From Halobacteriaceae archaeon Tc-Br11_E2g27 (GTDB taxonomy: Archaea; Halobacteriota; Halobacteria; Halobacteriales; Haloarculaceae): a DNA stretch of 45,404 nt. The DNA is taken from assembly GCA_001564135.1 (NCBI GenBank), contig LKNH01000001.1:1-45404 (forward strand). The letters are read 5' to 3'. Shown here one piece after another: positions 9,527 through 19,525 of this stretch. Position 1 is the stretch's first letter. Each line of letters opens with the position of its first letter. The position numbers were made by a program, and so were the translations under genes. The notes below the pieces were generated by a model. The model saw only the letters and a program-made list of their open reading frames with translations. It had not been told where the DNA came from and did no database searches.

Positions 9527-11539
9527 ATGGGTGACAGCAACGCGGCACAGCAATTTGAATTAGCTGACTTATTTTCAGGTGGAGGTGAAGAACGGCGTGT
9601 AAGGATATTGCAAGTAACATTAGTGGTGACTACAGTCATTTCGTGGCTCATAGTCATGTGGTGGGCATCATCGCAAATGATGTCTCGTTCACAGTATGGG
9701 ATTATTTTCCTTGGTCTAATGATTCTCATCTATATCATTGACCAGCTTATTGATACTGTCAGAAACGGGAAAATGGGGGAAACTGCCCTCCTATCCATAT
9801 TTGCCATTGGGACAATTATATCAACGGTTTATTTGTATATCGAGTTTCTTCCCCTGGTTCGAACACGCGTGGGATACGCTCTCCCGGCAGATTATGCAGT
9901 CGCGGTCACGATGACAATTGTGATTGTGTATCTTGCCTATAGAGCGTATGGACTCCTTTTTACTGGTGTATTTGTCCTTGCAGTTGCGTACGGACTATTC
10001 GGTAATTTTGTTCCTGGTGTCTTTCAACACAGTGGCTATTCGACAGGAAGGCTCATGCAGATTCTAGTCACTGATGTTGAGGGATTCTATGGAAACCTGA
10101 CTGAAATCGTAGCGGCCTGGGTTGCCCTGTTTTTACTCTATGCCGGTCTGCTTCGGGGATACGATGCGTTTGACCTCATCATACGAGTGTCTTTTCGAGC
10201 GGCAAACGTCATCAAATCCGGCGTTGCGCAATCTGCAGTGGTTGCAAGTATGATTATTGGATCGGTGAACGGCTCAGCCGCAGCCAATGCAGCGATGACT
10301 GGCTCATTTACCATCCCGCTGATGAAAAAGAGTGGGGTAAAAAGTGAATCAGCAGGTGGAATCGAATCTGTCGCCTCCTCTGGTGGCCAACTGCTACCGC
10401 CAGTTATGGGAGCAGGAGCCTTCGTGATGGCTTCGATTCTCGGAATTACCTATTGGGAAGTAATGACTGCAGGTATTCTTCCAGCAATTATTTTCCTCAT
10501 TGCCGTGGCAGTGGCAGTTCATTACACGGCATCGAATCAAGTGAATGATGTCTCGCTTGATATTAGCGAGCACATCGATGAGATGAAGAATCAAAATCAA
10601 CTCATCTGGGAGGGTGTCAGGTTTCTCATTCCCCTTGCATTACTCATCTTCATTCTTGGGTATCTCCGGTGGACCATCATGACTGCTGCGTTGTATACGG
10701 TTCTTATGATGATTGTGACTGGGATTACGTTCCCGGTGATTGAAACACTGTATACAAAGAATGGAACAGTTGCAGGCACATTGCGAAGAGAGTTGCAAAA
10801 TACGGTTTCAGGATTCGTCTACGGAGCACAAATTCTTGCTCCAATTGCAATCGTGATTGCATCAATTAATGGTATCGTTGACCTGTTCCAGATGACAGGG
10901 GTTCCTGCATCACTCTCGCTGGCATTGCTTGACCTCTCGGGTGGGTCTATGCTTATGACGATTTTGCTTGCCATGTTAATTTGTATTATTCTGGGTCTGG
11001 GAATGCCAACGGTGGCAGCTTACACTATCGTTGCAATTCTTGTCGCTCCGACGCTCACACAGGCGTTTTTGCTCCCTGACCTCTCCGTGCATTACTTTGT
11101 CTTTTATTCGGCCATTCTATCTGGTATTACTCCACCAATTGCGATCGCTGTTGTAGTTGCTTCTGGAGTTGCAGGAGCCAATTTCTGGCGGACCTGTCTT
11201 GAGGCATTGAAAATTGCGGCACCACTATACGTTCTCCCTATTGCCTTCATTTACAATCCGGAAATTGTCGTTGGTGGACTTGGCTTTTCGACGCTGGCAT
11301 CTGTAGCGGTCACCATCGGAGGTGCAGTAGCTATTGTCCACGGGTTGAATTACGTAAATTTCCAGCTGACAAGCAATAAGCGAGTTGAGTGGGTGATTCG
11401 CTTCGTGTTTGTCGCTATCGGGGTTGTCGCGATGGCCCATCCAGAGATGGCTATTCGTCTGGGTGCACTCGGAATTGCCGTGGCTATCTATCTCTTCCAG
11501 CTCAGAGCACCTGATATCACGCCACAAGAAGCTGCATAA
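9527..11539 (+). CDS. TRAP transporter fused 4TM/12TM permease
   Basis: GSVNGSAAAN, TGSFTIPLMKK, ESVASSGGQLLPPVMGAGAF, GLGMPT and GITPP motifs; highly hydrophobic; ATG 9527 preferred. Confidence 0.93.
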   Translation: MGDSNAAQQFELADLFSGGGEERRVRILQVTLVVTTVISWLIVMWWASSQMMSRSQYGIIFLGLMILIYIIDQLIDTVRNGKMGETALLSIFAIGTIISTVYLYIEFLPLVRTRVGYALPADYAVAVTMTIVIVYLAYRAYGLLFTGVFVLAVAYGLFGNFVPGVFQHSGYSTGRLMQILVTDVEGFYGNLTEIVAAWVALFLLYAGLLRGYDAFDLIIRVSFRAANVIKSGVAQSAVVASMIIGSVNGSAAANAAMTGSFTIPLMKKSGVKSESAGGIESVASSGGQLLPPVMGAGAFVMASILGITYWEVMTAGILPAIIFLIAVAVAVHYTASNQVNDVSLDISEHIDEMKNQNQLIWEGVRFLIPLALLIFILGYLRWTIMTAALYTVLMMIVTGITFPVIETLYTKNGTVAGTLRRELQNTVSGFVYGAQILAPIAIVIASINGIVDLFQMTGVPASLSLALLDLSGGSMLMTILLAMLICIILGLGMPTVAAYTIVAILVAPTLTQAFLLPDLSVHYFVFYSAILSGITPPIAIAVVVASGVAGANFWRTCLEALKIAAPLYVLPIAFIYNPEIVVGGLGFSTLASVAVTIGGAVAIVHGLNYVNFQLTSNKRVEWVIRFVFVAIGVVAMAHPEMAIRLGALGIAVAIYLFQLRAPDITPQEAA

Positions 11540-11591
11540 GGGAGAGAAGCAGTAGCATTATACTCGATATTTTCAATAACTATGGTGGCTT

Positions 11592-12794
11592 TCAGCGGTC
11601 GCTCGGAAGAAAGTAACTCAACACGACGCCAAGAATGGCGAAGATGACAAACGAGGCAAAAGCAAGGTCAAACAAACCGACATCGGCCAGATACCCAATG
11701 ACAGGAGGTGCTAGTGCTCCAGTCCCCAGAAATGTCGTTCTAATGATACCAAAGACACTGCCTTGGACATCTCCTGGAATTAATTCGAGTGCATACGTCG
11801 TTGCAACAGGTGTATAACCAAGAATCAATCCAGTGAACCATACAGATACCAGAATTAGTATCGTCGAATCGACAACAGGAAGCAAAACAAATCCTGGGAG
11901 ACTAACAGCGCTATAGCCGATAAGTGTGGCCCGATTCCCCAATCGATTAGCGAGTGGTCCACTCACAATTTTGCCCACGATCATCGCAACGAACAATACC
12001 CCAAAAAAGAGCGTCGCTTCTTGTTGAGTGAATCCTTTAATATCGATAAGATACATCGGTAAAAACCCGGTAATGCCCTGATAGACGACTCCGACAGCAG
12101 TGAGTCCACCGACAACCAACAAGAGGGCACGATTTGAAAACGTGTCTTGAATATTCCGAAGGATATCACCGGGATGTTGGTTGACGGAGTCGACAACAGG
12201 GGAAGTCCGAGCCGGGAGAGAAAGCCACAAACCAAGACAGACGATCACAAATCCTGGGGCGGCGTAGGCAAGACCAACCCGCCACCCTAACGCAACAGCA
12301 AGTAATCCAGCAATCACAGGAAGTACAATGCTTCCGAGAGAGCCTGCTATCTGTGAGAGGCTAATAGCAGTCGTATCATGCCGAGTGTAGACGTCAGTCA
12401 ACACGGTCGTTCCAGTCGTGCCAAACAGCCCAGTCCCTGCTCCAAGAACAATTGTTGAGAGCAAAAACTGTAGGAAAGTTTGTGAAGCAATGACGGCAAT
12501 AATACCAAGCAAAGAGAGAACCATACTCACAACGAGCAACAGACGTTCACCGAAATAATCTGCAAGCATTCCAGCGGGTGTGTTGACAGCGGCATATGAT
12601 ACCCAAAGAAGACTGAGAGACAATCCTGCGGTTCCATACGTAATTTGGTACTCTGCGACCAGTTGCGGAAGGATTACCGGATAAATAAGACGTACCCCCA
12701 TAGAAAGAAACCATCCAAGGGAGACCATACAAAGTACCCATCCCCGTCCATCAGCACAGAGTTCAGTCCTGGCTTGTTGCATCTGCTTCCTCAT
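11592..12794 (-). CDS. MFS transporter
   Basis: About 12 hydrophobic segments; motif A twice (GMLADYFGER, GPLANRLGNR); ATG 12794 avoids overlap with the divergent gene. Confidence 0.9.
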   Translation of the reverse strand: MRKQMQQARTELCADGRGWVLCMVSLGWFLSMGVRLIYPVILPQLVAEYQITYGTAGLSLSLLWVSYAAVNTPAGMLADYFGERLLLVVSMVLSLLGIIAVIASQTFLQFLLSTIVLGAGTGLFGTTGTTVLTDVYTRHDTTAISLSQIAGSLGSIVLPVIAGLLAVALGWRVGLAYAAPGFVIVCLGLWLSLPARTSPVVDSVNQHPGDILRNIQDTFSNRALLLVVGGLTAVGVVYQGITGFLPMYLIDIKGFTQQEATLFFGVLFVAMIVGKIVSGPLANRLGNRATLIGYSAVSLPGFVLLPVVDSTILILVSVWFTGLILGYTPVATTYALELIPGDVQGSVFGIIRTTFLGTGALAPPVIGYLADVGLFDLAFASFVIFAILGVVLSYFLPSDR

Positions 12795-12918
12795 CAAAAC
12801 TGAAATTAGCTCGGGATGGAGTGCTTCTATAGTTATCGAATAGCCGATGACCTCGAGCGATAGGTTGCCCCCAGAGGAAACACCACCAGTTATATCACTG
12901 GTAGTCGAAAGAACAGCT

Positions 12919-13584
12919 ATGGCAACGCAGTACAACGCACTTCATTTTGACCGATTAGGCCACACAACAGTTCGCATTGAAACCGAAGACGGAACAGTCT
13001 GCTATATCGACCCATGGTCAGAGTCACTCGAAACAGAACCGCACGATGGGGATATCATCCTCATCACACACGATGACCCAGACCATTACGACCCGGAAGG
13101 GATTGCAGCGGTTGCATCCAACGATGCCGTCGTCGGCGCATTCCAGTTGGTAGATACGGACGAACTTTCAGCTGAAGCGATAGCTCTTCCACACGAAGGG
13201 ACAACAGCTATTGGCGAGATAACAGTCAAATCTATTCCAGCATATAATGACCCAGATGGACCACATACTGACGAAGAAGGCAATCCATTCCACGCAGAAG
13301 GAGACGGAATTGGATTGTTGCTAACTATCGGTAACGATACCGTGTTCTTCGCCGGTGATACCGATTTCCTCGAACATCATAAAAGTGAGCAAGCAGACGT
13401 ATTTATCCCCCCAATCGGAGGGCATTATACCATGGACCGTTACGAGGCTGCCGAGTTTGCAAGAACTCTCGAACCGTCACTCGTCTTGCCAGTGCATTAT
13501 GATACATTCGAAGCGATAGAAACCGATTCAGCAGCATTCAAAGAAGAACTCGAAGCAGAAGATATCGAAGTTATTCTCTTCTGA
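12919..13584 (+). CDS. Metallo-beta-lactamase fold hydrolase
   Basis: LGHTTVRI, YIDP, THDDPDH (variant of HxHxDH), FAGDT, PVHY; ATG 12919 preferred. Confidence 0.87.
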   Translation: MATQYNALHFDRLGHTTVRIETEDGTVCYIDPWSESLETEPHDGDIILITHDDPDHYDPEGIAAVASNDAVVGAFQLVDTDELSAEAIALPHEGTTAIGEITVKSIPAYNDPDGPHTDEEGNPFHAEGDGIGLLLTIGNDTVFFAGDTDFLEHHKSEQADVFIPPIGGHYTMDRYEAAEFARTLEPSLVLPVHYDTFEAIETDSAAFKEELEAEDIEVILF

Positions 13585-13604
13585 GAGGTACCCTCACCAT
13601 TCCA

Positions 13605-14633
13605 TTACTTCCGAGCAAAGGTATTGAGAGTCCGTTCAGCCCACACTCTGTCAGTGCGAGCAGGAGGACGAACAATGGGTAAATCAACGCCACTGTCTCG
13701 AAGGTCATCAAGTTCCTTTCGTGCTGTTTCGGGAGTTCCAATAATGGCTAACCGGTCAAGAAACTCATCACTGAGTTGTTCTGCACCAGACTCGAGTTTG
13801 CTGGCTTTACGGACGGCAGTGACGTCATCTTTGAATCCACTTTCTATTGCGACTCGGTCATAATAGCCTGGAATCTCTCGCAGATAGTAGGCAACGTGTT
13901 CACTTGCAGCCCGTCGTGCAACAGCAACGTCTTCATGGACAGCCGTCAACACATACATTGCAACATCGATATCGCTGGCGACGCGACCACTACGGGCTGC
14001 TCCCGTCTCGAGCCACTCCAGTGCCTGTTCAAACTGTGATTGGGGGTATAGGTTCGGAAGCCACCCATCTGCGTACTGCCCTGTGAGTCGGACATTTGCT
14101 GGACCGAGCGCACCGTTGTAAATTGGAATTGACTCCCGCTCCGGTTCGAAGGCATTCCAGAATTCGGTTCGTGTTGGAGAATAAAATGTCCCGGTAAACT
14201 CACCAGGTTCGCCCCGCAGATAACAGCGAATGAGCTTGATATATTCGTCCATGCGAGCGAGCGGTTGCTCAAAGTCTGTTCCATGAAACTCCTCAACAAC
14301 TCCCGGATGAGCTACGCCGAGACCCAATATTGCCCGACCACTCGAATGGGCATCAAGTGTTGCGGCAGCCTGAGCAGTTGTCGCTGGAGTTCGGGAAAAG
14401 ATGTTGACAATTTCAGTAGCAAGCTTAATAGAATTGGTATGCGCCGCCCATCGTTCAACCTTCCCGAAGGTTGTCTTCCCCTGACCTTCCGCTGCCCAGA
14501 CGCTCTCATACCCTAGCTCCTCAGCCAGTTTGACAAGTTCGAGGTTATCTTGCAATGAAAAATAGACTCCGACGCGACCTACTTCGTGGGAGGTCTGCGT
14601 CGCAAACTCTGTCTTTTCTGAGGATGAGTTCAT
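13605..14633 (-). CDS. LLM class (luciferase-like, flavin/F420-dependent) oxidoreductase
   Basis: AEELGYESVWAAE, SRTPA, GRAILGLG, GALGP, ADGWLP and IGTPE motifs. Confidence 0.88.
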   Translation of the reverse strand: MNSSSEKTEFATQTSHEVGRVGVYFSLQDNLELVKLAEELGYESVWAAEGQGKTTFGKVERWAAHTNSIKLATEIVNIFSRTPATTAQAAATLDAHSSGRAILGLGVAHPGVVEEFHGTDFEQPLARMDEYIKLIRCYLRGEPGEFTGTFYSPTRTEFWNAFEPERESIPIYNGALGPANVRLTGQYADGWLPNLYPQSQFEQALEWLETGAARSGRVASDIDVAMYVLTAVHEDVAVARRAASEHVAYYLREIPGYYDRVAIESGFKDDVTAVRKASKLESGAEQLSDEFLDRLAIIGTPETARKELDDLRDSGVDLPIVRPPARTDRVWAERTLNTFARK

Positions 14634-15018
14634 ATCGTTGTCACACCCTCAGCAGCTAGGTCATTGTAGATATCCAGTCGGGTAATGAGGTCGTCTGTAA
14701 CTTCATAAATATCGACATACCGTCATTCTCAAATCGTTCACCGTCATTATCGACGCCATACAGTGTGCCAATGCTACTCACCGTCTCGCCTTTCACTAGC
14801 CAACGATCGAACTCTTTCCCAGCCCACTCATAGCGTGGTTCAAGGAATGCAAGAAATTCTGTGGCTGCGGATGGTCCTGTAAACGTTTCACCCGGCACAG
14901 TAATCGTTACGGTATCAGCAAACAGTTCGTCCACGGTTGAGCGGCGTTCGTCTTCCATCCGAGAGAAAAACTCTTCTACAGTTGCACGAGGGTCTGGGGC
15001 CTGATTGGCGTCTTCCAT
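14630..15018 (-). pseudogene. SnoaL/NTF2-like protein with a 1-nt frameshift near 14723 (or a sequencing error)
   Basis: Reading frame gives ...GTLYGVDNDGERFEN; the shifted frame continues RYVDIYEVTDDLITRLDIYNDLAAEGVTTI* and its stop overlaps the LLM start codon (ATGA, 14630-14633). Confidence 0.75.
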
Positions 15019-15130
15019 GGTGAAATCTTTGCGCGATGACGTAATAAATGCTGTTGAGGGAAAATAACGACAAACGGCAATAGCTGGCTTGACCGGTAGA
15101 TTTAGGCACCCACCTCACAATGGTTTGAAC

Positions 15131-16579
15131 ATGTCTGCCCCACCAGCGCAGCAACAGCGTACTCTAGACGATGCAGACTCGGAAGTTCTCACGGCCGATG
15201 AAGTGACATTCGATGTAAGCACGGATATTCTCATTGTCGGAGGCGGCGGAACCGGCCTTATCGCAGCACTTGCAGCGTGTGAAAACAAGGATTTGACAGT
15301 AACGCTGCTTGAGAAAAGTGATAGGTTGGGTGGAAACACCTCGCTTTCAACAGGGATGATTCCTGCGGCAGGGACACGCCTCCAAAAGGAGGCAGGGATT
15401 GAAGAAACACCTGGTAATATGGCACAGGATATCCTCGAAAAAAACGACTATCAGGCTGACGAGGGCATGGTGAGACACCTGTGTGCACACAGTGTAGAGT
15501 TGATTCACTGGCTCATTGATGACTGGGACATCTCTTTGCACCTTGTCGACGATTTTAAATACCCGAAACATTCCGAATATCGGATGCACGCACCACCGGG
15601 TCGCAACGGTGAGAATATGGTAGAAGAGTTGCGAGAACGCCTCGAATCCCAACCGAACACTGAGATTTTGCTAAATACACCTGTTACAAAATTAGTTGCT
15701 GAAGATGGGAGTCCTGCTGGCGTTATTGCGGGAGCGGTTCGTCAAGAGGCAATTGCAGCGGAGCGTGTCGTTCTAGCAACGGATGGGTTTGCTGGGAATA
15801 GAGAAATGGTCAAAACACACTGCGAAGATGACATTGAAAAGGCTCTGTATTATGGTTCTGATGGGAATACGGGTGATGGAATCCGATGGGGAACCCAATT
15901 TGGTGGGGAACTTGCTTGTATGGATGCATACCAGGGGCACGCAACCGTTGTCGACGGGACAGGAGCGCTCTCGACATACGCAGTGGTGATGAATGGAGGG
16001 ATACTGGTCAATGAAAACGGAGAACGATTCGGAAATGAGTCAAAAGGATACTCGCAGTTTGCAGTGGATGTCATTCGACAACCCGGGAGCATTGCATACG
16101 AAATCTTCGACAAGCGAATTTTTGACCGTCTCAAGGGAGAGTTTGATGATTTTGACCGTGCCGTCGAGTTAGGCTCTTATACGAAAGCTGAGACAGTGAA
16201 AGAGCTTGCTTCCGAGTTGGGGTGCGACCCAGTAAAAACGGAATCAACCGTCCAATCGTATAATTTGGCGGTTGAAGCTGGGGAACCTGACGAAGTGTGT
16301 CGAGAAGACGGCCGGAACGTTTTATCACGACCATTTTATGGAGCGAAAGTGACCGGGTCGTTATTCCACACACAAGGAGGGCTAGTGGTCGACGAAAATG
16401 GTCGAGTGCTTCGTACTGACGGAACAGCTGTTTCGGGGTTATATGCAGGTGGTGGGTGCGCCGTCGGAATCAGTGGACATGGAGCGAATGGATATCTCTC
16501 AGGTAACGGATTGACGACAGCAACTGGCCTTGGCCGATTAGCAGGAACACACGCACGTGAATCACTTTCTGAAAAGTAG
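15131..16579 (+). CDS. FAD-dependent oxidoreductase (FAD_binding_2; flavocytochrome c / TcuA / KstD-like flavoprotein)
   Basis: IVGGGGTG, LEKSDRLGGNTSLSTG, LATDGF, NTGDG, HTQGGLVVD and GLYAGG motifs; ATG 15131 preferred. Confidence 0.9.
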   Translation: MSAPPAQQQRTLDDADSEVLTADEVTFDVSTDILIVGGGGTGLIAALAACENKDLTVTLLEKSDRLGGNTSLSTGMIPAAGTRLQKEAGIEETPGNMAQDILEKNDYQADEGMVRHLCAHSVELIHWLIDDWDISLHLVDDFKYPKHSEYRMHAPPGRNGENMVEELRERLESQPNTEILLNTPVTKLVAEDGSPAGVIAGAVRQEAIAAERVVLATDGFAGNREMVKTHCEDDIEKALYYGSDGNTGDGIRWGTQFGGELACMDAYQGHATVVDGTGALSTYAVVMNGGILVNENGERFGNESKGYSQFAVDVIRQPGSIAYEIFDKRIFDRLKGEFDDFDRAVELGSYTKAETVKELASELGCDPVKTESTVQSYNLAVEAGEPDEVCREDGRNVLSRPFYGAKVTGSLFHTQGGLVVDENGRVLRTDGTAVSGLYAGGGCAVGISGHGANGYLSGNGLTTATGLGRLAGTHARESLSEK

Positions 16580-16685
16580 TCACTAAACTGGAGAAAGGGA
16601 AAACGTTTATTCGATATTACGCCGAATAACGGCTGTGAGCGAACTAGAACTCTCGCCCGATCTCCATCAAAGCAGATATCCAACG

Positions 16686-18008
16686 ATGACGACTGAACAA
16701 GAACTTGCATCCTTCGTATCAGAGCTTGAACTCGATGATATCCCACCGGATGTTGCTGAGAGAGGGAGACTTGTCATAGCGGATACCCTCGGTGCTATCG
16801 TCGGAGGTTCAAGAGACCCAGCGGTACGCTCACTCGTTCAGTTGTACGCTGAACGAACAACAGGCACAACCACGGTCTTGGGTACTGAAGGAATTGAAAC
16901 AGTCCCACATCTCGCAGCATTTTGCAACGGAGCAGCAGGAACAGTGCTAGAGTTGGATGAAGGTCACCGGTTTGCAGCAGGCCATCCAGCAATTCATGTG
17001 CTGCCAGGATTGCTTGCTGAAGCAGAATCTGAATATGGGAACGGAACCGATTTCCTCACGTCGTTCGTCGCCGGCTATGAGGTTGCTGTACGGGTAGCTC
17101 GCGCAATGCAGCCGCTCCAATCAGGATATCATCCTCACGGTGTGTGGGGAGCCGTCGGTGGTGCAGCGTCAATTGCTCACCATCGAGGTTATGGCATTGA
17201 ACGAACGCTTGGTGCGATGACTATTGCAGCGAACTACGCACAGCACACTCGATTCGAGGCAGCAACTGAAGGAGCAACAGTGAGGAACGGCTACGCAGGA
17301 ATGAGTAATCTCGCCTCTTTACTCGCAGCAGACCAGGCCGAAGCCGGCTTTACTGGATTATCAAACGGAATCGAATCCCATCTTAGTTTAGCCACACGTG
17401 AGGGGTTTAACGCTGAGGTATTAGTGGAAAATCTTGGTTCAAGCTGGGAAATCGAGCGCGGGTACTTCAAAATCCATGCGGCTTGTCGCTACACACACGC
17501 TGTCCTCGATGCTGTTGCCACTCTCCAAGAAGAGTTGTCTATCGAAGAGATAGAAGCGGTAACCGTTGGTACCTATCCTGCCGCAGCGCAGCTCGATGAA
17601 AAAAGACCCGAGAACGCGCTCCAGGCGAAGTTTTCGATTCCGTTTGCCGTTGCAACAGCGCTAGTATCCGGAGAAACTGGCCCAGCAGCCTTCGATGGTG
17701 ATGCCATCACGCCTGAAACGAAAGCGCTAGCCGAGCAGGTTTCGGTCGTTGTAGATGAAACACTGGCTGCAAAAGCACCGGAACAGCGAGGTGCACACGT
17801 CACAATTAAAACGGCGTCGGGAACAGAAGAGGAGACTGTCATCGCGGCCCGTGGTGGAGAACATCGACCCTTTTCGGAGGCAGCTATCGAATCAAAGTTC
17901 AAAAGGCTAACCGAACCAGTGATTGGGACTGAGCGAGGAGATTCATTATGGGAGGCCGCGAGAGCGCTCGAAGCCCCGCGAGTATTGTGTACACTCGCTC
18001 AGCGATAG
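16686..18008 (+). CDS. MmgE/PrpD family protein
   Basis: DTLG, AAFCNG, ELDEGH, GHP, GYEV, FKIHAACRYTH and AKFSIPF motifs. Confidence 0.9.
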   Translation: MTTEQELASFVSELELDDIPPDVAERGRLVIADTLGAIVGGSRDPAVRSLVQLYAERTTGTTTVLGTEGIETVPHLAAFCNGAAGTVLELDEGHRFAAGHPAIHVLPGLLAEAESEYGNGTDFLTSFVAGYEVAVRVARAMQPLQSGYHPHGVWGAVGGAASIAHHRGYGIERTLGAMTIAANYAQHTRFEAATEGATVRNGYAGMSNLASLLAADQAEAGFTGLSNGIESHLSLATREGFNAEVLVENLGSSWEIERGYFKIHAACRYTHAVLDAVATLQEELSIEEIEAVTVGTYPAAAQLDEKRPENALQAKFSIPFAVATALVSGETGPAAFDGDAITPETKALAEQVSVVVDETLAAKAPEQRGAHVTIKTASGTEEETVIAARGGEHRPFSEAAIESKFKRLTEPVIGTERGDSLWEAARALEAPRVLCTLAQR

Positions 18009-18066
18009 GAAGTGAGATGTATTTGCCACCCTATCATTTCTTGAGGGTGGCCAACATCGTACAAAT

Positions 18067-19455
18067 ATGGACGACTCGTTCACAAGAGTCTGGGAACGGC
18101 AAGTCAATGAGTTCCTGCAACAACCAGTCCCGGATGAAATCACAACACACGGCCAGCAAACGGTCGTTGATATCTGTGCCGCAATAGTAGCCGGTTCGGC
18201 AATTCCCTCGATTGCATCAGTCACAGATGCGATCAAATTGGGGCGAGGGGAGGCATCAGTACTGGGAAGCAAAAGGCGGGTGCAACCAGAACAGGCAGCC
18301 CTTCTCAATACCGCAGCAGCGATTGCACAGGAGATAGAAGAGGGTCATAATACAGGTGGCCACGTTGGAGCCAGTATTGTGGCTAGCGGACTCCCCGTAG
18401 CTGAAACAGAGGCAGTTGACGGAGAGACTTTTGTTGCCCACTGTATTCGGGTATACGAGATTTGTGTACGTTTAGAGCGAGCACTCTTTGCGATGAAAGA
18501 CAAACTCAACGAGGCAGTTCCGTGGCTGCTCCGAAACCCACATTCTACCTGGACCACTGTCGGGCCAGCGTTGATCACCGCGCTCTGTCGCGGGGCAACG
18601 CCAACTGAACTCAAAGAAACGTTTCGAATCGCAGCGAATCTTGCAGTCGTGTCGATGCATGACCCCTACGCTGAGGGGGCACCTGCACGAAATTTCACAG
18701 CCGGCTTTTCGGCACAGGCCGGTGTCAGTGCGGCACACACTGGGCTTGCTGGATTACAGGGGTCACAGGCAGCAATAGAGCAGGTGTACGACCCCTTTGA
18801 CGAACTGCTTGAAGGAGGGTTTACCAGCTCGTTTGATACTCTTGGAGAGCACTGGGAAATCACGGAACAGTACCTGAAACCATATCCATCGTGTCGGTAT
18901 ACTCATCCGCCTCTTGACGCGCTGCGTGATGCAATGGCAACAGGAGAAAGAAAAACAGGAAAGAATGCCGAGCTAGTCGCTGACATCGAACGTATTTGGG
19001 TCAAAACGTTCGAAAATGCGACTGAGATGAGTCATACGGAGCCGGAGACATTAACCGGGGCAAAATTCTCAACACCGTACGTGCTCGCACGATATCTTCT
19101 CGATGATGAGATAACGCTTGACTCTTTCACAGAAGAAAAAATTACGGATGAGTCAGTTAGAACGCTAGCAGGTACAGTTAGTTTGGAAACAAGCGGGCAA
19201 TTTGAGAAGGCATTTCCGGAATCCTGGGGAGCAAGCGTGAAGGTTGAGCTGGCGGACGGAACAGAACTGACAGGGGAATGTGCGTATCCACGTGGGGACT
19301 ACCGAAAGCCACTCTCCAAGTCATCGTATCATAAGCGGAATCGACGGCTACTAGCAGAGGGACTGCCAGCAAATCAGGTTGAACCTGCTCTGACAGCACT
19401 TGCTGAGCTGGAGATACATCCAATTCGTGCCACGGTAGCACACCTAATACAGTGA
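18067..19455 (+). CDS. MmgE/PrpD family protein (second paralog)
   Basis: AALLNT, EIEEGH, GGHVG, KPYPSCRYTH, AKFSTPY and PRGD motifs. Confidence 0.88.
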   Translation: MDDSFTRVWERQVNEFLQQPVPDEITTHGQQTVVDICAAIVAGSAIPSIASVTDAIKLGRGEASVLGSKRRVQPEQAALLNTAAAIAQEIEEGHNTGGHVGASIVASGLPVAETEAVDGETFVAHCIRVYEICVRLERALFAMKDKLNEAVPWLLRNPHSTWTTVGPALITALCRGATPTELKETFRIAANLAVVSMHDPYAEGAPARNFTAGFSAQAGVSAAHTGLAGLQGSQAAIEQVYDPFDELLEGGFTSSFDTLGEHWEITEQYLKPYPSCRYTHPPLDALRDAMATGERKTGKNAELVADIERIWVKTFENATEMSHTEPETLTGAKFSTPYVLARYLLDDEITLDSFTEEKITDESVRTLAGTVSLETSGQFEKAFPESWGASVKVELADGTELTGECAYPRGDYRKPLSKSSYHKRNRRLLAEGLPANQVEPALTALAELEIHPIRATVAHLIQ

Positions 19456-19525
19456 GGCAGAATACACGTTCAGTAATAAAGAACAGGAGCGTCACAGTTA
19501 TATATCCGACACCGAAATATGGCAT

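Noticed and set aside
12795-12935. Head-to-head overlap of the MFS and MBL ORFs as given in the ORF track
   Set aside because: Disappears with starts at 12794 and 12919, leaving a normal divergent promoter.
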